A stretch of 64,000 nucleotides of DNA from an uncultured cyanobacterium (lineage in GTDB: Bacteria; Cyanobacteriota; Cyanobacteriia; CAKZMO01), in NCBI GenBank assembly GCA_963719515.1, contig CAVRCJ010000004.1:95555-159554 (forward strand). Reading direction: 5' to 3'. The notes under the pieces are model-generated. The model worked only from the letters and a program-made list of their open reading frames with translations. It did not search any database and was not told the DNA's origin. Position 1 is the stretch's first letter; the number at the start of each line of letters is the position of its first letter. This document shows positions 1 through 10,928 of the stretch, piece by piece. Position numbers and translations under genes: made by a program.

Positions 1-522
1 CAGTCGACCCAGGGGGGCAGGGGCGATGCCGAGGCGAAAGTAGAAGACGTAGATCAGCAGCAGCCCCGTGAAGAAGGTGGGCAGGGACACCCCCGCCGTG
101 GCCAATACCCGCACCCCATGGTCAATCCAAGAGCCCGGACGGGTGGCCGCTAGAATGCCCAGCGGCAGGGCTAAGCTGAGAGAAAACAGCAGCCCCGCTA
201 GGGTTAGCTCCAGGGAGGCGGGCAGTCGCGTCAGCAGGTCTGACATCACCGTTTGCCCCGTGGTCAGGGAGTTGCCCAAATCCCCCCGCAGCAGTTCCCC
301 CACGTAGATCAAGAACTGCTCGGGCAGGCTGCGGTCCAGCCCTAGGGTGACGCGAATTTGGTCGATGGCCTCCTGGCTGGCCGCTGGCCCGGCAAAGTAG
401 GCCGCTGGGTCCCCCGGTAGCGATCGCGTCAGCACGAAGGTGACCACAATCACGCCAATGACGCTGGGAACGGCGGCGAGGATGCGGCGAAGGATAATCG
501 TGATTGTGGAGGGCCGGGCCAT
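1..522 (-). CDS. ABC transporter permease, DppB/OppB family (3' part runs off the window)
   Basis: Manual translation from ATG at 522: MARPSTITIILRRILAAVPSVIGVIVVTFVLTRSLPGDPAAYFAG...LGLDRSLPEQF...GDLGNS...RLPASLELT, the DppB N-terminal signature. It lies directly downstream of the binding protein. Not in the ORF track because it is open-ended. Confidence 0.9.
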   Translation of the reverse strand, partial: MARPSTITIILRRILAAVPSVIGVIVVTFVLTRSLPGDPAAYFAGPAASQEAIDQIRVTLGLDRSLPEQFLIYVGELLRGDLGNSLTTGQTVMSDLLTRLPASLELTLAGLLFSLSLALPLGILAATRPGSWIDHGVRVLATAGVSLPTFFTGLLLIYVFYFRLGIAPAPLGRL

Positions 523-525
523 GAG

Positions 526-2217
526 TTACGCCTTCTGCAGCTGCCGGTAGTCCAGCTGCCGGTGGAACCAATATTGATAGCCCTCCACACCGGGCTGCAT
601 GGCCACCGAGAGGTAGGGCTGGGCAATCACGATGCGGGGCATCTCTTCAAAGGCGATCTTGAGGAACGCCTTGACGTTCTCTTCGTAGGCAGGCTCGTCC
701 GGCGCTAAGGCCAGGGCTGCGTCCACATGCTTGTCTAGCTCAGGGTTTTGGTAGGCGCTGCCGTTAAAGGTGGCGTTCTGCCCGTGGTAGGAGTAGAAGA
801 AGAAATAGTCGGGGTAGTTGAGCCAGCCGCCGAAGTTGTTGACAATCATGGGCCGGTTCTTTTCCACCAGCACCGCCCGGAAGTTGGAGCCTGGCACCTT
901 CTCCAGGGTGACGTCGATGCCAATTTGGGCCAGGGATTCCTGCACTAGCACGCTCAGGGGTTCGGCCCACTCCTGGGTGCCCAGGTTGAAGGCCAGGGTG
1001 GTCTCAAAGCCTTCGGGGTAGCCCGATTCTGCCATCAAGGCTTTGGCCTGCTCCAGGTCGGTGCTGTAGGGGTAGGGCTGGGGCCAGTCGATGGTTTTCG
1101 GCTCGGCGCTGTCCGCCCCGTACATGGGAACACATTCCCCGTAGAGCGCGGTGTTCACAATGTCGTCGTAGGGCATGGCGTAGGCCACCGCCTGCCGCAC
1201 TTTCACATCGCTAAAGGGGTTGGGGGCACCCTCCAGCTCGGGCTGAGAGTTGAGGTCGATGGTGTAAAGGCAGTTTTCAATGGGCGTAGAGACGATGGTG
1301 TAGTCTCCGGTGGTGCGCAGCTCGCTGACGTCTTTCTCAGACATGTCGAAGTTGACGTCCACATCCCCCTTCTCCAACAGGGCGCGGCGGTTTCCAGCCT
1401 CGGGCACGTTTAGCTCAATGATCTTAGCAACGGCGGGCAGCGGCCCCGATTTCCACTCCTCAAACCGCACCAGCTCCACCCGCTCTTCGGGCTGGAACGA
1501 CTCTAGCTTATAGGCTCCGCCTCCCGCCGGGTTGGCGTTGACCCACTCCAGCCCCCAGGGGTCAGCCTCGGTGACGTTGGGCTCAATCAGCGCTGAGTTC
1601 ATGATGGCTGGAATGGGCACCGCCATATCCATCAGGGTCAGCTTATCTTGGCGCAGGAAGTTGACCCGAAACGTATAGTCATCTTCTACAACGAACTGCT
1701 CAGGGTTCTCTAGCGCCCCGGCCTTCATCTGAAACGAGGGGAAGCCGCCCACGGAAACAGCGCGATCGTAAGACCACTTCACGTCTTTGGCGGTGACGGG
1801 GGTGCCGTCGTGGAAGGTGGCGTCTTCCCGCAGCTTGAAGGTCACCGAAAGTCCGTCGTCGGCCACGGTCCAGGATTCGGCCAGCTCGGGTTCAACTGTG
1901 GTGTAGTCGTAGGATAAGGAGCCGTCCTCTAGGGTTTTGGTGCCGAAGGTGACGAGGCGATCGTACAGGCACCAGGAGGTGCCGTAGGCGGGGCGGTTGG
2001 TGCCCACCTGGTGCAGGTCCAAGCCGTTGGGGAAGCCGCCGCCTCGGACGACGGTGAGGATAGCGGGTTCGCTGCTGCCCGAGGCGTCTGCCTCTGCGTC
2101 GGTTGAGGGGGCGTCTGAGGTGGTGTCACTGCTAGGTCCGCAGGCTTTGAGCAGCATAGCTAGGGAGATGCCTGTAGTGAAGGCGGTGCCCCGCTGTAGT
2201 AAGTCTCGTCTTCGCAT
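526..2217 (-). CDS. ABC transporter substrate-binding lipoprotein, family 5 (DppA/OppA-like)
   Basis: 563 aa. Twin-arginine-like MRRRDLL, lipobox LLKAC, and motifs PELAESW, TFKLR..ATFHDG.PVTAKDV, PFSDVKVRQAV. Confidence 0.92.
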   Translation of the reverse strand: MRRRDLLQRGTAFTTGISLAMLLKACGPSSDTTSDAPSTDAEADASGSSEPAILTVVRGGGFPNGLDLHQVGTNRPAYGTSWCLYDRLVTFGTKTLEDGSLSYDYTTVEPELAESWTVADDGLSVTFKLREDATFHDGTPVTAKDVKWSYDRAVSVGGFPSFQMKAGALENPEQFVVEDDYTFRVNFLRQDKLTLMDMAVPIPAIMNSALIEPNVTEADPWGLEWVNANPAGGGAYKLESFQPEERVELVRFEEWKSGPLPAVAKIIELNVPEAGNRRALLEKGDVDVNFDMSEKDVSELRTTGDYTIVSTPIENCLYTIDLNSQPELEGAPNPFSDVKVRQAVAYAMPYDDIVNTALYGECVPMYGADSAEPKTIDWPQPYPYSTDLEQAKALMAESGYPEGFETTLAFNLGTQEWAEPLSVLVQESLAQIGIDVTLEKVPGSNFRAVLVEKNRPMIVNNFGGWLNYPDYFFFYSYHGQNATFNGSAYQNPELDKHVDAALALAPDEPAYEENVKAFLKIAFEEMPRIVIAQPYLSVAMQPGVEGYQYWFHRQLDYRQLQKA

Positions 2218-2365
2218 GGTGTTGCTCCTTTGGCCCGGCCTGACACGTTAAAGATAATAGTAGGGCAAGGGCGCGGAGCTTTTGGGGAAGAAATCGGGAA
2301 GATTGAGCTAGTTGGACTGGATCTTGAGAGGAATTATGAATGGTCGAGGAAACTATCGTCTTTCT

Positions 2366-2802
2366 GGAAGCCTTTAAGATGTGGCCAGTGCTCGCGTGGC
2401 GGTTAGGAAATGGTGTAGGACATGGGAGAGCGGTGCGCCTTTACTTTGATGCCGAAGGCGAGAATTGAGGGCAGCGCTGAGGTGAGCAATAGGTGTACTT
2501 GTGGATGTACTTAAGTATAGATGTACTTAAGAGATAGCGGTAATGCGCACTAATATATCCTATGGGTATGGTCCGGAGCACCTGAAAAACCTGTAGTGGC
2601 GGTCAACCACAAGCCAGAGCCAGCTGGTGCTGAGAAGAGGATTTCCTCAAATTGTCTGCGGTGGGACGCACCGTCGACGTAAAACAAACAGCCTGTGAAG
2701 GCGTTCTGACCGGGGATGTCTGGGCTTGCTTGGATATCTAGGCATGAGCCAGTGAAACAGGACTTTCTGACTGTACCCGTAGGGTCAGGGGGAGAGCGTT
2801 AG
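2366..2802 (+). mobile_element. Degenerate non-autonomous IS200/IS605-derived cassette (copy E) with omega-RNA-like scaffold; ends eroded, boundaries approximate
   Basis: 2432-2490 GGTGCGCC..GATGCCGAAGGCG..AATTGAGGGCAGCGCTGAGGTGAGCAA and 2653-2762 TGTCTGCGGTGGG..GAC..AAACAAA..GCCTGTG..CGGGG..GCTTGC..CTAGGCA..TGAAACAGGA align by eye with copies C and D. No clean TTTAG or TCAC termini. Confidence 0.7.
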
Positions 2803-2822
2803 GGCGGCCTCCTGCTCAAAAC

Positions 2823-4617
<1,795 letters not shown>

Positions 4618-4622
4618 CTATA

Positions 4623-4652
4623 GCAAATGTCCTGATGCATTAGGACATTTGC
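4623..4652. repeat. Intergenic hairpin GCAAATGTCCT-N8-AGGACATTTGC between ptxA and ptxB
   Basis: 11-bp perfect stem; related to the hairpin at 53513-53556. Confidence 0.7.
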
Positions 4653-4679
4653 GCGTTCAGCTGCCTACACAACGCCGGA

Positions 4680-5480
4680 TTAGTTTCTTGCTTCGCTGAT
4701 GTCATAACGCTCTACATCGGTTGGCGAACCGGCAGGCTGCCCTGCGTAAATTTCACTCAACACTTGAGGTCCTAATGCGGTAGGAGGGCCATCAAAAATA
4801 ATCCGCCCGTGGGCCAGGCCAATAATGCGATCGCTGTAGGCTTGAGCAAAATCGACCTGGTGCAGGCTCAGCAGCGCCGCAATGCCGTCGGTCTTACAAA
4901 TAGAGCGCAGTAGCGCCAGTATTGTGTGGGCGCTTTCTGGGTCTAAGCTAGCGATGGGCTCATCTGCCAGCATCAGCTGCGGATGCTGAGCCAAGGCGCG
5001 GGCAATGCCAACCCGCTGCTGCTGTCCGCCGCTTAGGGTGCTTACGGGCGTCAACGCCTTATCAATTAAGCCCACCCGCGCCAAGCAGTCTAAGGCGATC
5101 TTTTGGTCTCGCTGGGGCAGGGGCAGCAGACTCCGCCAGAACGAGTGGTAGGCCAGTCGACCTGTGAGTACATTTTGCAGCGCTGAGTATCGCTCAATCA
5201 GCTGGTGCTGCTGAAAAATCATTCCGGTTTGTTTGCGATGGAGCCGTAGCGCAGCGGATTGGGAAAGCGCGCCCAAGCCGTTAATGCTGACCCTGCCGCG
5301 AGTGGGAGGGTGCAGATAATTAATCGCGCGCAGCAGCGTCGATTTTCCTGCGCCAGAAGAGCCCAAGAGCACAACAAATTCGCCCCGGTTCAACCGTAGC
5401 GACACCGACTCTAGAGCAACTGTGCCGTTGGGGTAGGTGACGCCAATGCGCTCTAAGCGGAGCAGCTGATCGCCTTTCAT
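4680..5480 (-). CDS. ptxA: Phosphite/phosphonate ABC transporter ATP-binding protein (PtxA/PhnC family)
   Basis: Walker A GSSGAGKS, LSGGQQQRV, ADEPIASLDP, IFQQHQLI, NVLTGRL. Confidence 0.88.
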   Translation of the reverse strand: MKGDQLLRLERIGVTYPNGTVALESVSLRLNRGEFVVLLGSSGAGKSTLLRAINYLHPPTRGRVSINGLGALSQSAALRLHRKQTGMIFQQHQLIERYSALQNVLTGRLAYHSFWRSLLPLPQRDQKIALDCLARVGLIDKALTPVSTLSGGQQQRVGIARALAQHPQLMLADEPIASLDPESAHTILALLRSICKTDGIAALLSLHQVDFAQAYSDRIIGLAHGRIIFDGPPTALGPQVLSEIYAGQPAGSPTDVERYDISEARN

Positions 5481-5520
5481 CGCGTATCGTTCAACCGCAC
5501 CTGGTCTTGAGAGACGCTCA

Positions 5521-5912
5521 GTGACATCCTCCCGACGCTGACAGCAAGCTGTACAGCGCGGGCTTCCTCAGTGACTCCCAGCTATTGCCGGGACATATCC
5601 TGAGATAGGTTTATACTCCGCCTGATGCCCCACGGCAGAGTTTTGAATTTTCATCTCCGCGAGGGAGGATACGCACTATGTGTCGCAGATACATTTGCAA
5701 ACTGAGGAACGGGTGACTTGCAGCTTTCGCCTACGGGCCCGTCACACTCTTTGCGGGGTGTATCACCTTGCTATCTCTATCATACCAACTGCTAGCCTCA
5801 GCGCTGAGCGCACTATCCGCTGTGCATCATTTTGCGGGCGCACTTCGGCTAGCGCGACTCTCATCCCGACGCTCACCCTGACGGGTAGAGCGCGGGGCTT
5901 CCCGTCTAGTCG
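5521..5912 (-). mobile_element. Non-autonomous IS200/IS605-family mini-element (copy A, 392 bp): left end, -10 box, omega-RNA-like scaffold, right end
   Basis: On the minus strand it follows TTTAG (5913-5917). Left hairpin AAGC-CCCGCGCT..AGCGTCGGG; right hairpin GAAG-CCCGCGCT..AGCGTCGGG-AGGATGTCAC. Inverted copy of 56811-57202 with about 3 differences by eye. Confidence 0.88.
5779..5787 (-). promoter_or_regulatory. Extended -10 box TGGTATGAT inside copy A, pointing to the right end and ptxA
   Basis: Position conserved in B (56936-56944 TGGTATGAT), C (6685-6693 TGGTAGAAT) and D (62844-62852 GGGTACAAT). Confidence 0.6.
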
Positions 5913-5918
5913 CTAAAC

Positions 5919-6317
5919 CTACTGAGGTTGCCCCTCTTGATAGGCCCGCCAGCCGCCCCACGCGGTAATCTCCCGCTGTCCCTCACAGGCGATCGCCTCC
6001 CCTAGCACCCCTAGCACTTCTTCCCCGTCAGCAAGCTTCACCTTGCCAATCGCTAGCCCCGAGGGCTCCTGCTGCAAAATCTGCAATAGACCTGCAGACG
6101 GTACAGCCCATACCTCTAGGGCGATCGCGGCGCCACCCTCCTTCACGCGCTGCATAGCCGGGTGGCGATCGCTGATGGACCATAGGCGGTAGGTCGGCTC
6201 CGTCTGGGCATCGTAGAGAAATTCTGCTCCCGCTGCTTGCATGTTGCCGTTGAGTTCTAATCCCCGCATCAGGGTTCCGTTGACGGCAAGCTTGAGAGTG
6301 AAAGAAGGATCTGACAT
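5919..6317 (-). CDS. Allophanate hydrolase C-terminal-domain-like protein (GGCT/AIG2-like fold), stand-alone
   Basis: LAVNGTLMRGLELN, T.P.YRLWSI, P.M.RV..GG.AIALEVW, GL.IGKV.LADG..VLG.LGE, EIT..GGWRAY match the AtzF C-terminal domain pattern. Confidence 0.8.
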   Translation of the reverse strand: MSDPSFTLKLAVNGTLMRGLELNGNMQAAGAEFLYDAQTEPTYRLWSISDRHPAMQRVKEGGAAIALEVWAVPSAGLLQILQQEPSGLAIGKVKLADGEEVLGVLGEAIACEGQREITAWGGWRAYQEGQPQ

Positions 6318-6379
6318 AGAAAGTTTGCTCGCTTGACGTCGATTCTAGGCCTAGGGGGCTGTGAGTCTGTAAGTCTCAA

Positions 6380-6818
6380 GTGACATTCTCCCGGCGCTTA
6401 TCTTACAGATAAATCGCCGGCTTCAGAGAGCGCTCCCCTGCGATTTCCTGCTTATTTTGGCTCTGTCTAGTCACGCAGCACGCTATGCGACCCCGATTAG
6501 CTCCCATCCACAGGCCATTCTTACGTCCAGGTGATGACCCACCCCAGACACCAAGTATTTACTCCTTCACCTCACGTATCCTAATTTGCCGCACTGTTCA
6601 CCAGCCATAGCTGCAGTTTGTGTCAGAACAGAAGGCCGCCACCCGTGTCGTCCCTCTGGGCGGTTTGTCCGCGTTGGCGATGTAATTCTACCATTTGTTC
6701 ATCTCGCCACTGCCCTCAATTTCTGCCCTCGGCATCAGACTAGGGGCGCACCTCGACTCACACGATTTTCACCCCGACGCTGATGCTTTGCTTACAGCGC
6801 GGGGCTTCCATCTAAAAG
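6380..6818 (-). mobile_element. Non-autonomous IS200/IS605-family mini-element (copy C, 439 bp)
   Basis: Minus strand: TTTAG|CTTTTAGATGGAAGCCCCGCGCT..AGCGTCGGGG, internal GCCTGTGGA..AAGCAGGAA, ending GAAGCCGGCGA..AGCGCCGGGAGAATGTCAC. Homologous to 62528-62976. Confidence 0.85.
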
Positions 6819-7447
6819 CTAAAGATCGCCTCATCACATCTAAGCTGCCGCGCCCTGATCTTGCCAACGGCGATCGCCGTGAGAATCGTCGTGCGCGAGA
6901 GCGCAAAGAGTGCGGTGCGGCTAGAGTTGGCGAAAAGCAGATGACCGCATAACCCCAGGAACAGGAGGCCGAACTGGAGGGAGCTGTGGTTTTGTCCTAG
7001 CCAGGAGTAGCCCGAGATAGTGACCCCCTCACGATAAATTTTTCCCGTCCCCGTATGGACCCGTCTGCGCTGACGCTGAAGCTTGAGAGCCCCAGGCAGC
7101 TGGGAGACAAACGACAGGGGGCAGCTGCGCCGCCAGAAATCGTGGCCAAATACCAGCAAAACGAAGATACAGGCTGGAACGACAACCATCCAAAAGACAA
7201 AATTGCCCAGGCTGTAGGGGGCGGCCTCAAAGCACCGTCCCTGAAATTCAACACAGCGGCTGGGGCCTAAACGAAACGGGCTGACAAGGCTCGACCCAGC
7301 GGTCAGCTGGCTCGAAAGGGGGTCGTACAGCAAAGAGCAAAGCAAGATGCCCCATCCGGCTGTGAGTATCCACCTGACGCGGCGCATACTTTTTTCAGGC
7401 AAATCAGCAATCATGACGGGTGTGGCAATAGAGACGGGCCGGTCCAC
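6812..7447 (-). pseudogene. 3'-truncated cyanobacterial membrane protein of the 4Fe-4S-binding (CPL motif) / cyclic-nucleotide-binding type
   Basis: RW.LT.GW..L..SL.YDP, FW..VVP..IF.LLVFGH..WRR.CPLSF.SQ. Recognisable similarity stops at TAIAVG, about 45 bp before copy C; full-length relatives as I recall them continue for hundreds of residues. Confidence 0.65.
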
Positions 7448-7489
7448 CAGGGTGGCGGCCCTTGATGTGAGTAGCCGAGTCAGGGAGAA

Positions 7490-8035
7490 TCAGTTGGCGG
7501 AGAACTCGGGCAGTGCGACTGCGCTGACGTCTGGGGAAACCGACGTCGGAGATTGAGCAAGCAGAGTCACTTTGTCAGCAGCGTTGGCCTGAGCGGGAAT
7601 GGAATAGTTCAACGGTGATGACGCCAGCGGGGTATTGAAGTCGTCTGACAGCAGAAACGCGGCTGTCGTCGCCGTCATCAGGCTACCGAGTCCCGCCAGT
7701 CCTATCTTTAGAGAGGGGTGGGTCAAGGGCGAGCCGCTGTGACGCACAATAGTGTAGCGGCGGCCCTGCGCTGGAGCTGCATTGCCGAGGCCTGAATGCC
7801 CCGTAAACTGCTGATAGTACTCCTGAAAAGAGGTTGCTTCCCCACCTGCCATAGGGTTTTCCCATTCAGTAAACGTAGAATCGCTGGTGACCGGTGCGTC
7901 ATCAGGTAGCGACGATGCTGAGGAAGGAAGGCTAAATCGATTGTTCATAACTGCCGTGGCGCTGGGCGAGCCGAGGGAGGTGAGGCGACCCAAAACGGGA
8001 ACAACCTCGGTTTGCGTGCTTAGGGTAATATCCAT
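7490..8035 (-). CDS. Hypothetical protein with one hydrophobic segment
   Basis: 181-aa ATG-started ORF, Ser/Thr/Pro-rich, no recognised family. Confidence 0.45.
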   Translation of the reverse strand: MDITLSTQTEVVPVLGRLTSLGSPSATAVMNNRFSLPSSASSLPDDAPVTSDSTFTEWENPMAGGEATSFQEYYQQFTGHSGLGNAAPAQGRRYTIVRHSGSPLTHPSLKIGLAGLGSLMTATTAAFLLSDDFNTPLASSPLNYSIPAQANAADKVTLLAQSPTSVSPDVSAVALPEFSAN

Positions 8036-8105
8036 TTCTGTTTTCTCGTAAACAACAGTGGTAAGCGTCGGGGTAGTTTGAAAGTTGCCCTCGTGCGAAG
8101 GGGAG

Positions 8106-8139
8106 GTAGGGGCCTAAAGCGATCGCTTTAGGCCCCTAC
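8106..8139. repeat. Perfect 34-bp palindrome GTAGGGGCCTAAAGCGATCGCTTTAGGCCCCTAC (GTAG-type REP-like, HIP1-centred)
   Basis: Reads identically on both strands; about 10 bp past the stop of the last EPS gene. Confidence 0.85.
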
Positions 8140-8149
8140 TCGCCGAGTT

Positions 8150-10426
8150 CTAGTAGGCTCCCGTCTTGCGCAAAACAGTGTCGACGGTCCGCAGCAAAAT
8201 CCTGACGTCGAGCAGCAGCGACCAGTTCTCGATGTAGCGCAGGTCTAGGGCCACGACGTCTTCAAAATCGAGAATGTCGGAGCGGCCTGAGACCTGCCAC
8301 AGCCCCGTGATGCCGGGCAGCACTTCGTGGCGAACGAAGTGGTGGGGCGAGAATTTCTCGGTGTCGCGGAGAGGTAAGGGGCGCGGACCCACCAGGCTCA
8401 TCTCGCCGAGCAGCACGTTGATGAGCTGGGGCAGCTCGTCTAGGCTGTACTGCCTCAAAAAGACGCCAACGCGAGTGATACGCGGATCTTTCTTCACCTT
8501 AAACAAGATGCCGTCCTGGGTTTCGTTCATCGTCTCAAGCTGAGCCTGCAGGGCTTCCGCGTTGATCACCATCGTGCGAAACTTCCAGGCCTGAAAAAGA
8601 TCGTCTTTGAGACCCATGCGCGTCTGCTTAAAGAAAATCGGACCGGGAGAGTCCAGCTTGATCAGCGTGGCAATCAGCAGCAGCAGCGGCGACAGCAGCA
8701 GCAGCAGCAGCAGCGCCCCGCAAGTATCAAAGACGCGCTTGACTAGAAATTCGCTACCCGTCAGCAGCGGCGGGGTGAGCCTGTGGGAAGAGAGGTCTTT
8801 CCCTAGCTTTGACTCGCGGGGTAGGGCGCTGAGGTTGGCGGGCAGGACCTGCAGCGTGATACCGGCGTTGCGCAGCTTCCAGTACAAAAACATCGAATTT
8901 TCTACGGTTTGCGTTCCGTAGAGAAACACGTCTGAAACCCCCTGCTGGCTAATCGTTTTCAGCGTCAGATCCCAGCCGCTGTTGTCAATTGCGTTGACGT
9001 CAATCCAGCCTTTGAGAGCGTAGCGATTTTGCTGCCCTAGCAGCTGCCGCGCGGCCTCAACCTGGTCGGATGGACAGATTAAAACGCTGGGATAGCGCCC
9101 CGTCCCCGACCGCCGCACTGACGCGATCGCTCTATCGAGGGCGGCGCGCCCCGCCATCACAAAAATGACGCTCAGCAGCCAAACCGCTGCCACTGCAGTC
9201 CCCAGAACAAACCCGTTCGGCTGCAGCGACGCAGCCAAACCGAGGGGCAAAGCCGCCAGCGCCAGCGCCTTGGCTACCGTCCCAGAGTCGCGGCGGTGCT
9301 CCCCCGGACCGTACAGCCCGCAGGCTGCCATAAAGCACACCTGCAGGGCGACGCTGAGCAGCATCACCAGGGTCTGCTCCTGTTGACTCCAAAACCAGTA
9401 GGGCTGGTGGGTCAACCATCGGTTGGCTTCTTGGGCCGCGCTGAGCAGGCTAATGTCTAGGGACAGCAGCGTCAGCACCCGCAGAGACACCAGGGGCAGG
9501 CCTTTTCGCAGAGTCGTGAAGGTGGAGGCCCGCAGGTCGATATTGTTTGAGGAGCGCCTAGCTGCTGGAGGATGAGCGGAGGCTTGAGCAGAAGGTTGAG
9601 TAGGGGCTTGAGAGGGGACCTGGAGAGTCTGGACTCGCTGCCCTAGCATCGTCTTGAAGACGCGGTAGAAGAAGAGAGGATTGCCCACTAGGTAGCGCTG
9701 CCAGAGCCGTCCCGGCTCTGTAAATAGCCGGGTGAGCCACTCTAGGCCCATATCGGTGGCCCAGCGAGGGCCGCGGTTCACCGCTCCGGTATAAAAGTCG
9801 AGGCAGGCTCCTAGGGGAAGAAACACCTTGGCGTCGATGCGGTCCAGGTTTTCGTCAATCCACCACTCCTGCAGCGGCATGCCGAAGCCTACGTAGAGCA
9901 CGTCAGGCTTAAACGCGTTAATGGCGTCAATGACGGCGTCGTTCTCCGGGCCTGACTTCTCGAAGTAGCCGTGGTGGCCCTGAATGCGAAGGTTGGGGGC
10001 GATCGCCTTGAGCTGAGCAATGGCGCGGTCGGTAATGCCGGGCTCACCGGCCAGCAAAAACACCGAGAGATTGTTGCGATCGCAGGCCTGGGCCAAATCC
10101 TCGATGTAGTCAGGGGCGGTCATCCGGTGGCACGACTGCACATCGGCTCCAAGCAGTTTGCTGCCCAGCAGCGTCCCAAATCCATCGCAAAATACGAGGT
10201 CTGACCGATTGAGAAACGAGCGATACCACGGCAGGTCGCAAGAAAAATTGGCGCTGCGGATGTTGACGTTGCCGACGACCGTCTTTTCAGGCCGCTGACC
10301 GGCGTCAACGATGTAGTCAATCAGCTGCTCAACGGTCACCTTGTGAAAACGCGTTTGCAGAAGGGGAACTTCTTCAAACTGCGCTCTCGGCTCGACCAGC
10401 TTGGGGTCTTGTATAGATTGAATCAT
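8150..10426 (-). CDS. Fusion: WecB/TagA/CpsF glycosyltransferase + undecaprenyl-phosphate sugar phosphotransferase (WcaJ/CpsE-like)
   Basis: N-terminus [36 protein letters not shown]-terminus [55 protein letters not shown]. Confidence 0.9.
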   Translation of the reverse strand: MIQSIQDPKLVEPRAQFEEVPLLQTRFHKVTVEQLIDYIVDAGQRPEKTVVGNVNIRSANFSCDLPWYRSFLNRSDLVFCDGFGTLLGSKLLGADVQSCHRMTAPDYIEDLAQACDRNNLSVFLLAGEPGITDRAIAQLKAIAPNLRIQGHHGYFEKSGPENDAVIDAINAFKPDVLYVGFGMPLQEWWIDENLDRIDAKVFLPLGACLDFYTGAVNRGPRWATDMGLEWLTRLFTEPGRLWQRYLVGNPLFFYRVFKTMLGQRVQTLQVPSQAPTQPSAQASAHPPAARRSSNNIDLRASTFTTLRKGLPLVSLRVLTLLSLDISLLSAAQEANRWLTHQPYWFWSQQEQTLVMLLSVALQVCFMAACGLYGPGEHRRDSGTVAKALALAALPLGLAASLQPNGFVLGTAVAAVWLLSVIFVMAGRAALDRAIASVRRSGTGRYPSVLICPSDQVEAARQLLGQQNRYALKGWIDVNAIDNSGWDLTLKTISQQGVSDVFLYGTQTVENSMFLYWKLRNAGITLQVLPANLSALPRESKLGKDLSSHRLTPPLLTGSEFLVKRVFDTCGALLLLLLLSPLLLLIATLIKLDSPGPIFFKQTRMGLKDDLFQAWKFRTMVINAEALQAQLETMNETQDGILFKVKKDPRITRVGVFLRQYSLDELPQLINVLLGEMSLVGPRPLPLRDTEKFSPHHFVRHEVLPGITGLWQVSGRSDILDFEDVVALDLRYIENWSLLLDVRILLRTVDTVLRKTGAY

Positions 10427-10928
10427 GGGTTGAACTCAATGGCGTGAAGATCGGACTAAGCAGGTAGACCACACCTTGAGCTTGGGTAAGCAGAACGCCT
10501 ACAGTAAAAATTAAAACGGAGTAAAAAGCTTGCGGATCGAGACCCACGTCTCGTCTGGTTCAAGCAAAAAAGATTGAACCTATGAGTTGGAGATGAATGC
10601 TTATCTACAGGGGGCAGTATTGACCTGCCAAAATTCGGTATTCTAAACCTTTTGCACCGGTTTAAGCGACGAGAAATACCGATAAGTGAGTCATTGAGAG
10701 AATACACTCAACTTAGCGGCCTCTATTGATTACTCAAGACCACGTTGGGTCCGTAATTGTTCCACGCTTAGGCTTTTGTCGATACCTTTGGACGGGGTTA
10801 CGTCACGGATGCGGGAGGTTTGGCCGAGGGGCAACTCCTGTGGCTTTTCCATTACGAAATGGGGACCCGCACAAGTCCCCGTTTCGTAAGCAGCCTTCTT
10901 GGTACTGCACATCGCCAGCTAGGCCTCA

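Noticed and set aside
5680..5916. 78-aa ORF duplicated at 56807-57043
   Set aside because: It is antisense to the cassette and has no counterpart in C or D; the identity simply reflects the DNA repeat.
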